Shown one piece after another: positions 37,304 to 46,496 of a stretch of 64,000 nt of DNA. The notes under the pieces are model-generated. The model made no database searches. It was not told the DNA's origin and was given only the letters and a program-made list of their open reading frames with translations. Origin of the DNA: a virus. Positions within the stretch are counted from its first letter, which is position 1. Every line of letters begins with the position of its first letter. The stretch spans positions 1-64,000 of the IMG/VR virus record IMGVR_UViG_3300045988_081432. One strand, 5' to 3'. The translations under genes and the position numbers were made by a program.

Positions 37304-38926
37304 ATGGCTTATGATGTAAGTAAGAAAATAAACGTAGGTTTGGCAAAAATATATGTTCAGCTTGCCGATTCTCTATACCTCCGAAAAATTGATGCACAAA
37401 AAGAGTATCTTTCTTTATCTGGTGGTACTCTGACAGGTGATATAACATTAGATGATAGTTCATTGTATCTCAAGAAAAATTCCAATGTATCTAAATTTAG
37501 TCAAAACTCAAATAATAACCTAGATATTTATAGTGATAAAAATATACAGTTCAGTACAAATGGCTCTACCTATTTCGTTGCAAATCCAAGCTATATATCT
37601 TTAGAAAATAAGCACAATAATGTGTCTGTCGAACTTGTAAACGAAGACGGTTCTGGTTCTCCTTATGGTGGACTTACAATTTACAGTACCAAAAACGGAG
37701 TCCCTGAGATGACAAGCGCCATTAGCTCTGGCTATATGAATGGAACTCCGTACCAAGATTTTACAGTTGAAGATGGAGGTCTTTTTTCTTGGAATGTTGT
37801 TGACGGAGACGATATAAACGGCGTTACAAAGATTGATAAAAACGGACTGACGCTATCAAATCCAGATTCAACATCTGGGAAGTTCTCTATGCTTAAATTT
37901 GAAAGCGGGAATAATGGGTTTGTGTCTATATTTAGCCCAGAAGAAAACACATTAACTCTATCCGCTTCTGACTGTATTATGCTAAATAATAATTTTGGCG
38001 TTTCTGATACGGCAATTATGCTATATCAGGAAAATAAAATCCATTTTGATGGTGGTCACGATAATGGCGTAGTTATGTATAGTAAAACAGGTTCACACGA
38101 ATTGAGTATTGACTTAGATAACAAACATTTTGTGATTAACAAAGATGGTTTTAGTGGAAACGCTAATACGGCAACATCGGCATTAAAATTGTCACAAGAA
38201 AGAACTGTAAGTGGCGGCACTGACATCATGTTAAATTACAAATATGATGGTTCTAACGACTCGGAGGCCGAAGTAGGTTTTTATGCCTGTAATGCAAAGG
38301 TTGGAAATCAGAATAATTATCCATATCATCGTATTGCAAGAATAGACTTAACGTCAGAAAATTATAAAGACTGGTCAACAACACTATATATTTCTCAGGG
38401 TTATCTTGGTGGCGGTTTTGGCATTTGTAGAATTGCTATGAGAACTAATGGCACTGGCGCTAGGTCTGGTGTAGAAGTAAAATGGCTTGCCAGAAATAAT
38501 CTGTCAACAGACTTTGTTCAGATTGCAGTTGATGACACAATTAATGCAACTTATGCCGATGTATTTGTGAAGATTGAGTCTTCTTACGCCTCCACCACAA
38601 TCAGAGCATTTGCCTCTGAGTCTCGTGGATTCATTAAGAGAACATGGGTTCTTGTTGACTCAGAAGAAGTTGATAATACTACAGAAGAAGCAAAGGAAAA
38701 TTCTGTGGAGTGCTACAAATCAATATCTGAGGCTGGTAACGAGCTTCATAATGCTCAGTACACAGCCATCATCACTGGCAGTGATACAATAGCGGAAAGA
38801 GCAAACAGAGATTCTAATGGACAAACCATTGCATCTACTTATATTGCAAATATTGAAGCATCTGGTGCTAATACTATTAAAATCACTTATGGAGACGGTC
38901 ATAGTTCAACCGTGTCGATTCAATAA
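37304..38926 (+). CDS. fibre-like structural protein
   Basis: 540 aa. The N-terminal LSLSGGTLTGDITL motif is common in phage tail fibres. RBS AAAGGAGG. Confidence 0.4.
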   Translation: MAYDVSKKINVGLAKIYVQLADSLYLRKIDAQKEYLSLSGGTLTGDITLDDSSLYLKKNSNVSKFSQNSNNNLDIYSDKNIQFSTNGSTYFVANPSYISLENKHNNVSVELVNEDGSGSPYGGLTIYSTKNGVPEMTSAISSGYMNGTPYQDFTVEDGGLFSWNVVDGDDINGVTKIDKNGLTLSNPDSTSGKFSMLKFESGNNGFVSIFSPEENTLTLSASDCIMLNNNFGVSDTAIMLYQENKIHFDGGHDNGVVMYSKTGSHELSIDLDNKHFVINKDGFSGNANTATSALKLSQERTVSGGTDIMLNYKYDGSNDSEAEVGFYACNAKVGNQNNYPYHRIARIDLTSENYKDWSTTLYISQGYLGGGFGICRIAMRTNGTGARSGVEVKWLARNNLSTDFVQIAVDDTINATYADVFVKIESSYASTTIRAFASESRGFIKRTWVLVDSEEVDNTTEEAKENSVECYKSISEAGNELHNAQYTAIITGSDTIAERANRDSNGQTIASTYIANIEASGANTIKITYGDGHSSTVSIQ

Positions 38927-38949
38927 CGTAATGGAAGGAGAGATTTGTT

Positions 38950-39279
38950 ATGATGGAATTTTTAACCCCCATTATTATTAATCTAACTAGAGTTGTTATC
39001 TCTGCGTTTGTTACCTATCTATGTGTTGCAATTATTCCTCGATTTGTAACTATTTTAAAGCAAATCGGTTTATATCGGGTTGTGAAATTTTTTGTAGCTG
39101 CGGCTGAAAAAATGGCAGATACAAAAAGGATTCCCAAAGAAACAAAAAAACAATGGGTAAAAGATATACTCGCAAAAGTTGGTATTCAAGACAATGAAAT
39201 TATTGACGCTTTGATTGAGGGTGCTGTTGAAGAACTTGACAATCAGAAGGGCAAAATAGGGGATGCTTTTAATAAGTAA
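38950..39279 (+). CDS. LL-H-family holin-like protein
   Basis: N-terminal TM segment, then FFVAAAEKMADTKRIPKETKKQWVKDILAKVGIQDNEIIDALIEGAVEEL, which resembles the Holin_LLH pattern (recollection). Confidence 0.5.
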   Translation: MMEFLTPIIINLTRVVISAFVTYLCVAIIPRFVTILKQIGLYRVVKFFVAAAEKMADTKRIPKETKKQWVKDILAKVGIQDNEIIDALIEGAVEELDNQKGKIGDAFNK

Positions 39280-39304
39280 TTCCATGTTAAATTGGGTGTA
39301 AGAA

Positions 39305-39739
39305 ATGAAACATAATAGAATATGTGCTTATTGTGGACGCTCCTATTATGTTTGTTCATCTTGCATTTCTGCTGGGTCATATAAGAACTCTTATTGTTCA
39401 CAAGAATGTTTTCGCAGAAGTGTAATGAACAATGGGAGTTTCCAACCAATAATTATAGAAGGAGAAGAAATGAAAACTTTATTGAGAGGAAAGTTAGCAG
39501 GAACAGATATCTTTGTAGATATTATTGGTTATGACCTAGAACTTGGAAAATTTGACTGCCATGATGGCGTAACTCGTACACCAGATGATTTCAGATATTT
39601 TGTTATTCCTTGTGACGAAATGAAGACAATTAATAAATACGTATCTGAATTAAACGAGAAAAAAGTCAAAACTTCTGGCCGTACCTCTATTACAAAGAAG
39701 ACTGAAACAGAAAGGCCAAAGCATGAAATTAAGCCTTAA
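39305..39739 (+). CDS. hypothetical protein with N-terminal Cys-rich zinc-binding motif
   Basis: CAYCGRSYYVCSSCIS...YCSQEC. Confidence 0.5.
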   Translation: MKHNRICAYCGRSYYVCSSCISAGSYKNSYCSQECFRRSVMNNGSFQPIIIEGEEMKTLLRGKLAGTDIFVDIIGYDLELGKFDCHDGVTRTPDDFRYFVIPCDEMKTINKYVSELNEKKVKTSGRTSITKKTETERPKHEIKP

Positions 39740-39922
39740 ATTGTAAAATACTCGAAAATGGGTTATTTATCCGTATATTTATGGATTTTTAGCTCATTTT
39801 CATTTTTAGATGTATGACAATGAAAGTGAAATTTTATTGCTAAATAAAGTGCTGTAAACACGGGGATTTTTAAGGGTGGGTTGTGGCTGTTTACAGGATT
39901 TTAGATTGAAAGGGATAAAAAT

Positions 39923-40345
39923 ATGGATAAATGTTTCAAAATGTATATCAAAGATGTTACACACGAACAGCTAATTGGCGTATATGACTCTAAAAATTTA
40001 AACGTGAAGAGTTTATATACATCTGTAACAAATGATGAAAATAGTTTTACTCTAACTTTTTCAGACGACCAACTTGTTGAATATCTACAATTTAACAAGA
40101 ATATTATGCTACGGTTTATTATCATTTATGAGCAGTATTGTTTTAATCTGCCCGACCCGATGTATCGTCTTGAAAAGTATAGCACAATCAATTATTATCT
40201 GTCAAGAGATGATAACCCAGCAGATGAAAAATATTGGGAATTGATGCTAAATAATGTCGTAAAAAGTAATCGCAACGAATATTTCTTTACTGAAAATGGC
40301 AGGAAGCCGGAGATTAACATTGATGAATGTTGGAAAGATTTTTGA
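39923..40345 (+). CDS. hypothetical protein
   Basis: 140-aa ORF with RBS AAAGGGA. Confidence 0.5.
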   Translation: MDKCFKMYIKDVTHEQLIGVYDSKNLNVKSLYTSVTNDENSFTLTFSDDQLVEYLQFNKNIMLRFIIIYEQYCFNLPDPMYRLEKYSTINYYLSRDDNPADEKYWELMLNNVVKSNRNEYFFTENGRKPEINIDECWKDF

Positions 40346-40865
40346 ACAAAAGTTCAAAGAGAGTATTCCTAAAGATGTGGCAGTAATTAGACTGCATGAC
40401 AGCGCAAGTGGTTTTGGGCAAGATAGCAAGTCAACAAGATTTTCTATGAAATCTCCATTTGATTTTATCTTGTTCAAAACTCCTTGTATGTATTGTCTGG
40501 AATTAAAATCAACAGACAAGAAAAGTTTTTCTTTTGAACGTGAGAAACCAACGAAAGAAAACCCTACTAAACGAGAAATCCATTGGCATCAAATTCAAGC
40601 TCTTACTGAGTATAATAAGTATTGTAATTGTATATGTGGTTTTGTGTTAGACTTTAGAAATGATGGAACTTATTTCTTGAGTATCAAAGATTTCAATAAA
40701 TTTAAAGAAAAATCAACTAAAGTTTCAATAAATATTCAGGACTGTATTGCGTATGGTGCTGTTCAAATAGATAGAGAATTAAAGAAAAAATATTATAGCT
40801 ACGATGTAGCAAAGTTATTAGATAAGATTGGAAGTGACGAAATTGGGAAGAAGAACTGTATATAA
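40323..40865 (+). CDS. recU: RecU-like Holliday junction resolvase
   Basis: FEQKFKESI...VIRLHDS...SPFDFILFK...YCLELKST...IHWHQIQAL...GFVLDF follows the RecU order (D...E.K...Q). ATG 40323 with GGAG RBS. Confidence 0.55.
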   Translation: MNVGKIFEQKFKESIPKDVAVIRLHDSASGFGQDSKSTRFSMKSPFDFILFKTPCMYCLELKSTDKKSFSFEREKPTKENPTKREIHWHQIQALTEYNKYCNCICGFVLDFRNDGTYFLSIKDFNKFKEKSTKVSINIQDCIAYGAVQIDRELKKKYYSYDVAKLLDKIGSDEIGKKNCI

Positions 40866-41883
40866 TAGAATTTATACAGAAGAAATCTGGGCAAAGGTTA
40901 ATGAAGACAATAAGAACTTGTTGAAAGATTATCTTGCATATAAGACTACTGGCGGTCGTTCTCCACAGACGATTTATCAATATGAACAAATGATTCGTCT
41001 GTTCTTCTGTTGGAATTATTTGCATAATAAAGATACGTTCTTTGTGGATTTGAAGAAGCGGCAACTTGTTAGTTTCTTTAATTATGCAATTACAGAAATG
41101 GGATGGTCTAGTAATAGAATCTCTACTATTAAATCATCTCTATCTTCTATGTCAGATTATATTGAAAATGTTCTTGATGATGAGTTTCCTGATTTTAGAA
41201 ATATTGTTGTTAAACTGGAAACTCCTGTAAAGCAGACTGTTCGTGAAAAGACTGTTATGAGCGAAGAGCAGATTCAAGATTGTCTTGATAAATTGGTTGT
41301 CGCCAAACGGTATCAGGCGGCTTGCTATCTTGCTCTTGCTGTCAGCTCTGGTGCAAGAAAAGCAGAACTGATTCAATTTAAAGCAGATTGGTTCACTGAC
41401 GAAAATATTGTTTACGGCTGTATGTGGAAGACCCCTGAACAAATCAGAACCAAGGGAAAGGGTAAGCAAGGCAAGTTGCTTCATAAATTTACATTTATTA
41501 AGTCTTTCAAACCATACTATGAACTTTGGATGAAATATCGCAAAGAAAATAATATTGAGAGTGAATGGCTATTTATTGTAAAGAACGATGACGGCACTTA
41601 TCGTCAAGCAAGTATTTCAACAGCAGATAGCATTTGTAGAACAATTTCGGCTGTTTCTGGCCTAGATTTTTATAGCCACTGCTGTAGGCATCGTTATGTT
41701 ACAATGATGAAGGAAGCGAAGTTACCTGATGATGTTATTGTTGCGTTGGTAGGATGGCAGAGGGAAAGTGGTTCGGTTTTAGTGAACTTATATTCAGACA
41801 TTGACGTTGCAGACACGCTTGATGAATACTTTGATGAAAACGGTATCAAAGAAGTAAAGACTGGCACTGTAAGCGATATTTAA
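40828..41883 (+). CDS. tyrosine recombinase / phage integrase family; start uncertain
   Basis: SAM-like N-terminal domain. Catalytic residues in order: SSGARKAEL (Arg), HCCRHRY (His-x-x-Arg), VGWQ (Trp/His position), LVNLY (Tyr). Confidence 0.75.
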   Translation: MEVTKLGRRTVYNRIYTEEIWAKVNEDNKNLLKDYLAYKTTGGRSPQTIYQYEQMIRLFFCWNYLHNKDTFFVDLKKRQLVSFFNYAITEMGWSSNRISTIKSSLSSMSDYIENVLDDEFPDFRNIVVKLETPVKQTVREKTVMSEEQIQDCLDKLVVAKRYQAACYLALAVSSGARKAELIQFKADWFTDENIVYGCMWKTPEQIRTKGKGKQGKLLHKFTFIKSFKPYYELWMKYRKENNIESEWLFIVKNDDGTYRQASISTADSICRTISAVSGLDFYSHCCRHRYVTMMKEAKLPDDVIVALVGWQRESGSVLVNLYSDIDVADTLDEYFDENGIKEVKTGTVSDI

Positions 41884-41894
41884 CAAGGAGATAT

Positions 41895-43019
41895 ATGACA
41901 CTTCAAGAATTATTAGACCACTATAGTCTTACAATTGTAAATGAGTCGAGCGAGATTAGAAATTATACTAAACTTGAGCTAGAAAGTTCTGAGGGGTATA
42001 AATATTATCTTAACAAAAGCAATCTGAGCTGTGCTTATAGGCGAAATGCTGAATTATGTAAATATTTCAAAAATCCGTATACGGAGCATAACTTATCTAA
42101 TTTCCTTAAAATAGAAACAAACGGAGACGTTGTAATCAAGGATTTTCAAGATGCTCAAAATGCACACAGTCCGATTCTTTTACACTGTAATTCTATTGAC
42201 TTAGATTATACTAAAAGTGCTAATGAAATTACATCTGGGAGATATTATATAAAAAGTAAAATGCCAGATTATAAGAATCCTGAAAGGCTTGGGATAGAAT
42301 ATGTTAAAACAGAGGCCGTAAAATATGGTATTGAAATAGTAGATTCAGAGTACATTAATAATATGACCCCACTTAAATTCGTATGTTTAAGACATAAAGA
42401 TAAGGGCGTTCAGGAAAGAACATGGTCTAACATAAGAAAGAAAAAATTTCCATGTAAATATTGTTATTACGAAAATACACTTGGTAACAACTGGAAATCC
42501 TCTGTTGATGCCAAAGAGAGATTTGAGATAGTCTCAAAAGAATTAAAAAATCCATTTATAGATATAATTGGGGAATATAAATCTGCTCATAACAAAATCG
42601 AATGCAAATGTTTAAAATGCGGAGAAACTTTTTATCTCAGGCCAGACCATATTAGGCGTGGTATTGGACATAGTGGTTGTAACAAATCTCTTGGAGAGGA
42701 ACGTCTTGAGAAATATCTCAAAGAACATAACATAAATTATATCGGTCAGTACCGTTTTGGAGACTGTGTTCGCAAAGAAAGAGATATGCCGTTTGACTTT
42801 TATCTTCCTGACCTAAATATTGCAATAGAATACGATGGCATACAACACTATAAACCTGTTGTTAAATTCGGTGGAGAAGAAGGCTTTGCAGAGCTAAAAT
42901 TGAATGATTACTTCAAGACAAATTATTGCATTGAACACAATATAAAACTAATTAGAGTTCCGTATACTGAGTACGATAGCATGGAAGAGTTTCTAAATAA
43001 CTATTTTAACAAGGATTAA
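41895..43019 (+). CDS. free-standing nuclease: zinc ribbons plus C-terminal Vsr/DUF559-like PD-(D/E)xK fold (homing-endonuclease-like)
   Basis: CLRH...CKYC and CKCLKCG...GHSGC ribbons. C-terminus PFDFYLPDLNIAIEYDGIQHY...IKLIRVPY. Confidence 0.5.
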   Translation: MTLQELLDHYSLTIVNESSEIRNYTKLELESSEGYKYYLNKSNLSCAYRRNAELCKYFKNPYTEHNLSNFLKIETNGDVVIKDFQDAQNAHSPILLHCNSIDLDYTKSANEITSGRYYIKSKMPDYKNPERLGIEYVKTEAVKYGIEIVDSEYINNMTPLKFVCLRHKDKGVQERTWSNIRKKKFPCKYCYYENTLGNNWKSSVDAKERFEIVSKELKNPFIDIIGEYKSAHNKIECKCLKCGETFYLRPDHIRRGIGHSGCNKSLGEERLEKYLKEHNINYIGQYRFGDCVRKERDMPFDFYLPDLNIAIEYDGIQHYKPVVKFGGEEGFAELKLNDYFKTNYCIEHNIKLIRVPYTEYDSMEEFLNNYFNKD

Positions 43020-43032
43020 AGGAGCTGAAATT

Positions 43033-43701
43033 ATGACACTAAAGACTGTTATTGATAAACTAAACCAATATAAAAACAAGCTGATTGACAAAGAGGCTCT
43101 TGACAGTTGGCTCTTTGAGAATATCAATATTACTAATTATATCTCTATTGGTAATAAGTACGCTTATATCCACAAGATTAATGAAACTTTCTCAGAAGAA
43201 ATTGCTGAGAATCTAAACAATAAACTAGATATCGAACTTGTATTTATGCGTTATGATATGCACGTCTTGTTTGATATTCTTCTTAAATATACCGATATTG
43301 AAGTAGTAAAGGATGATAAGTCTCCTGAGTATTATGATATTATGGTCGAAACCGAATTTGACCGTTATCTAAAACTAGCTATTGGTAATGATTGTGTTAA
43401 ATTTATGAATGCTTTTGAAAAGGCTTCTGGCATCAATGAAATTAACACTATGAATATTATTAAGGGGGCTATTGATAGTAATATTACTCAGGATAAGATT
43501 GATGCTCTTGATAAGGTATTTAAGAAACTAAACACTAAGAAGAATAGAACCTTCCTAGAAGATGTAATGGCATATTCCAACCCTGCCGTTAAGGAACTAA
43601 TGGACGGTATGCGTAAGTCTGCTACGGAAGAAGCAGATAAGAAATTAAAGGAGAAGTATTCTAAGCCGGAAGGTGATACAAATGGCGAAGCCGTCAGTTG
43701 A
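43033..43701 (+). CDS. hypothetical protein, possible tail assembly chaperone
   Basis: Acidic 222-aa ORF two genes upstream of the tape measure gene. Positional call only. Confidence 0.35.
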   Translation: MTLKTVIDKLNQYKNKLIDKEALDSWLFENINITNYISIGNKYAYIHKINETFSEEIAENLNNKLDIELVFMRYDMHVLFDILLKYTDIEVVKDDKSPEYYDIMVETEFDRYLKLAIGNDCVKFMNAFEKASGINEINTMNIIKGAIDSNITQDKIDALDKVFKKLNTKKNRTFLEDVMAYSNPAVKELMDGMRKSATEEADKKLKEKYSKPEGDTNGEAVS

Positions 43702-44302
43702 CAACAGAAAACTCCAAGTGGCAATTTGGAATAAAATTGATAAAATTAATGACAATTTTGTTGATGATTATGAAAAAGCTGCTAAGAATATCCTGATGAC
43801 GATTGCCCAAGAAGGGGTCAAAAAAATTAAGGAATATATAAAAAAGTATTTTTACGATGATATTTCTGAATCTCCTTATTATGAAAGATTAGCAGAACAA
43901 GGCGGTTTTTTAGCAACTATTAGTTATACTATTATTGACAAACATGGTATGCCAAATCAAATTAGAATTTACTGTGATTGGGACAAGCTCAAACGTGTCA
44001 TTCGTCCGTATAGTCCCGGTCAAACTCCACAATTTGACGCTCACAACGGTTTCGATAATAAGAAATTTACAGAAGGATTGTACGACTACATTATGGATGG
44101 CACATGGAACTCGCCTTATGGCAATCCTAAAACAAATGGTATCGGAGAAGGAGTAAACGAAGAACTTTCTCAACTTCTTACTGGTAGAGCAAGACAAGAG
44201 ATTGCGGCTTATATGAAGAAATACTTCAAAGATACTACTATCAAACACCGTGTTGTTGGTGGTCTTTCTGTTAGCAAAGATACAAAGAGACATAAGAAAT
44301 AA
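43682..44302 (+). CDS. hypothetical tail-module protein
   Basis: ATG 43682 with its own RBS GGAAGGTGA. Confidence 0.45.
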   Translation: MAKPSVDNRKLQVAIWNKIDKINDNFVDDYEKAAKNILMTIAQEGVKKIKEYIKKYFYDDISESPYYERLAEQGGFLATISYTIIDKHGMPNQIRIYCDWDKLKRVIRPYSPGQTPQFDAHNGFDNKKFTEGLYDYIMDGTWNSPYGNPKTNGIGEGVNEELSQLLTGRARQEIAAYMKKYFKDTTIKHRVVGGLSVSKDTKRHKK

Positions 44303-44314
44303 GGAGGTGGGTAA

Positions 44315-45552
44315 ATGGCGCAATCTCAAAGTGATATTTTTAGTTTTCTAATTACACCTGAATTTGATACCAAAGGTGTCACTGACAGCGGAAAATATCT
44401 TGAAGAAGAAGTCAAGCAGATAGCAGAAAAGATATCAAATCAGATTAGCGAAGTCATGGGGAGGGGCTTTTCTTTCCCGAAAAATTTCAAAAAAGATGAT
44501 ATCAACGAAGTCACAAAACTAGTTGAAAGTTTAGGTGGCAGTGTAAAAAGAACTGGCGAATATATTACATCGTCTTTTAAGGATGCAAGCGGAACAACTG
44601 TAACGCTAAAGCAAAATTTAAAAGACGCAATAGATGTAGCAGAAGCAGAAAGCCTAAAGGCTGCCAAAAATATTCAAGAAGTAATCAACATAAGAAAAGA
44701 GTTTGAACAACTAAGAACTTCTACCGCTACATATTCTGGCGCAGAGCAAACCAAAGAGCAAAATCAACTTGAACAAAATATTATAAAAAGTATCGAAGAA
44801 CAATATAATTACCGACTAAAAATTATTGATGCTCAGAATAGTGGCAACAAAATTCAAGAGAACTATTATACAGAGCTTTTAAATATTGCAAAAGGCGAAG
44901 AACAGGTATACACAATTCAATATAACGGTTCTCAGAATAATATAAAATTTAAAAAACAAGAACTTGCACAAGAAGAACGACTCTATCAAAAAAAATCTGA
45001 TTCTGTAAAACAAGAAAATGAACTCGTTAATGCTATTAAACAGTATGCAAAACAATATCAGACTGTCAAGCAATTAGAGAGCAAAGGTCAACAAAACACT
45101 CAGGCTTATACTGATGCTAAAAATGCTTTACAGCAGCTAACAAATACTTTAACAACGTATGGTGTTAAAGTTGTAACAAGCTCCGACGGTACAACAAAAC
45201 TTGTAGCACAACAAAATTCAATGGCTGACAGCTCCAATAAGGTCAAAACAGCGTTGGACAATGCCAATGGCAGTTTAGCAAAAGCTGATACTGCACAAAA
45301 TTCCATATCGAAATCTATTCAGTCTAGTGTAGAGAATTTTATTAAATATCAGGTGGTTATGGAAGCCATCAACAAAATCACTAGCGAATTTACATCTGCA
45401 ATTTATGATATGAACCAAGCCATGACACAAGTTCGTATGGTTACAATGGGTAGCTATGAAGATACTGTAGCATTGGCTGATAGTTATACTAAATTGGCAA
45501 AGCAACTTGGTACTACTACGACCACGGTTGCAGAAGGCGCAGATGCTTGGCT
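44315..45552 (+). CDS. tape measure protein, exon 1 of 3
   Basis: Coiled-coil-rich ORF with RBS AAGGAGG. The frame runs into junk plus a stop right after ...GADAWL. Confidence 0.7.
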
Positions 45553-45920
45553 TAAATGTCTAGGTCAAGTAAAATCTCTCTAATTGCTGGAAAGTCCTTA
45601 GAGCTTTGATAACCAAGTTATTATAGTGATATAATAATGGCTGAACTAATCATTCAGGCATGGTAAAATAATCGAAGATTGGATAATCAGCAGCCAAGAT
45701 TCTTAAATATTTATAATAAAGCTATTAAAATATTTCAATAGATATGATATAATATTTAAGAATAAGGTTCATCGACTAATTGTAAGGGCAAGTGCTCTGA
45801 AACGGGAGATACCTTGTTAAATTTAACAGATAAAGATATAGTCAGAACTTATGTAGAAATACATAGAAAATCCTATATGGAATCTTTTGATAAGTGGCGA
45901 TTATTAAGAGTAACAAATTG
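45553..45920 (+). mobile_element. ORF-less group I intron 1 in the tape measure gene (368 nt)
   Basis: P1: exon CUUGGCU (45546-45552) pairs with intron GGUCAAG (45563-45569), with a terminal U:G. The intron ends in G (45920). Splicing gives ...ADAWL|RQGYNAQEAMEML. Confidence 0.65.
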
Positions 45921-46496
45921 AAGACAGGGTTATAATGCTCAAGAAGCAATGGAGATGCTAAAGCAGTCAACTACGTTGGCTGTTGTTGGTCAATTGGACG
46001 CAGCTTCTAGCACTGACCAACTTACGGCAATCACAAAATCCTATAATGTAGCTGTAGAAGATACAAGCAAAATCGTAGATAAACTTGTTGCGGTTGACTT
46101 AAATTATGCCGCTAGTACAGGTGAAATCTCTACAGCATTACAAAAAGTCGCTAGTTCTGCTGGACAGGCAGGGTTAGGGCTTGATAAACTAATCGGTCTA
46201 ATTACAATTTCCGAGGAAAAGACTCGACAAGCGCCAGAAGTTATTGGTTCCGCTTGGCAGAGTATTATCGCGCGTATAGGTAAAATCACAGCAAAAGTAG
46301 ATTTAGATGACCTTGTTGATGAAAATGGCAAGGTTGTGGCTACAATTAACGATGCTGATAAAGTTTTATCTAAATATGGTATCAATTTAGTTGACACTAG
46401 TGGTAAAATGAGAGACATGGGAACCATTATGGACGAAATCGGTGCTAAATGGGGTCAAATGTCTACTCTTGAACAAAACCAGTTGGCTTATGTGGT
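45921..46496 (+). CDS. tape measure protein, exon 2 of 3
   Basis: The frame is open from 45922 through the track ORF 45949-46521. The junction keeps the reading frame. Confidence 0.65.

Noticed and set aside
39852-39896. The 9-bp inverted repeat as a confirmed attP core for the integrase
   Set aside because: A 9-bp inverted repeat is weak evidence on its own and no host sequence is available for comparison. It is retained only as a candidate within the island finding.
43673-43701. Programmed -1 frameshift joining 43033-43701 to 43673-44302 (G/GT-type tail chaperone)
   Set aside because: The downstream ORF has its own RBS (GGAAGGTGA) and an ATG at 43682. I saw no slippery heptamer in the overlap.
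45815-45828. TGTTAAATTTAACA palindrome in tape measure intron 1 counted as a promoter-motif instance
   Set aside because: It lies inside a group I intron, where a perfect 14-nt palindrome is more simply a structural hairpin. It is therefore not used as support for the promoter-motif idea.
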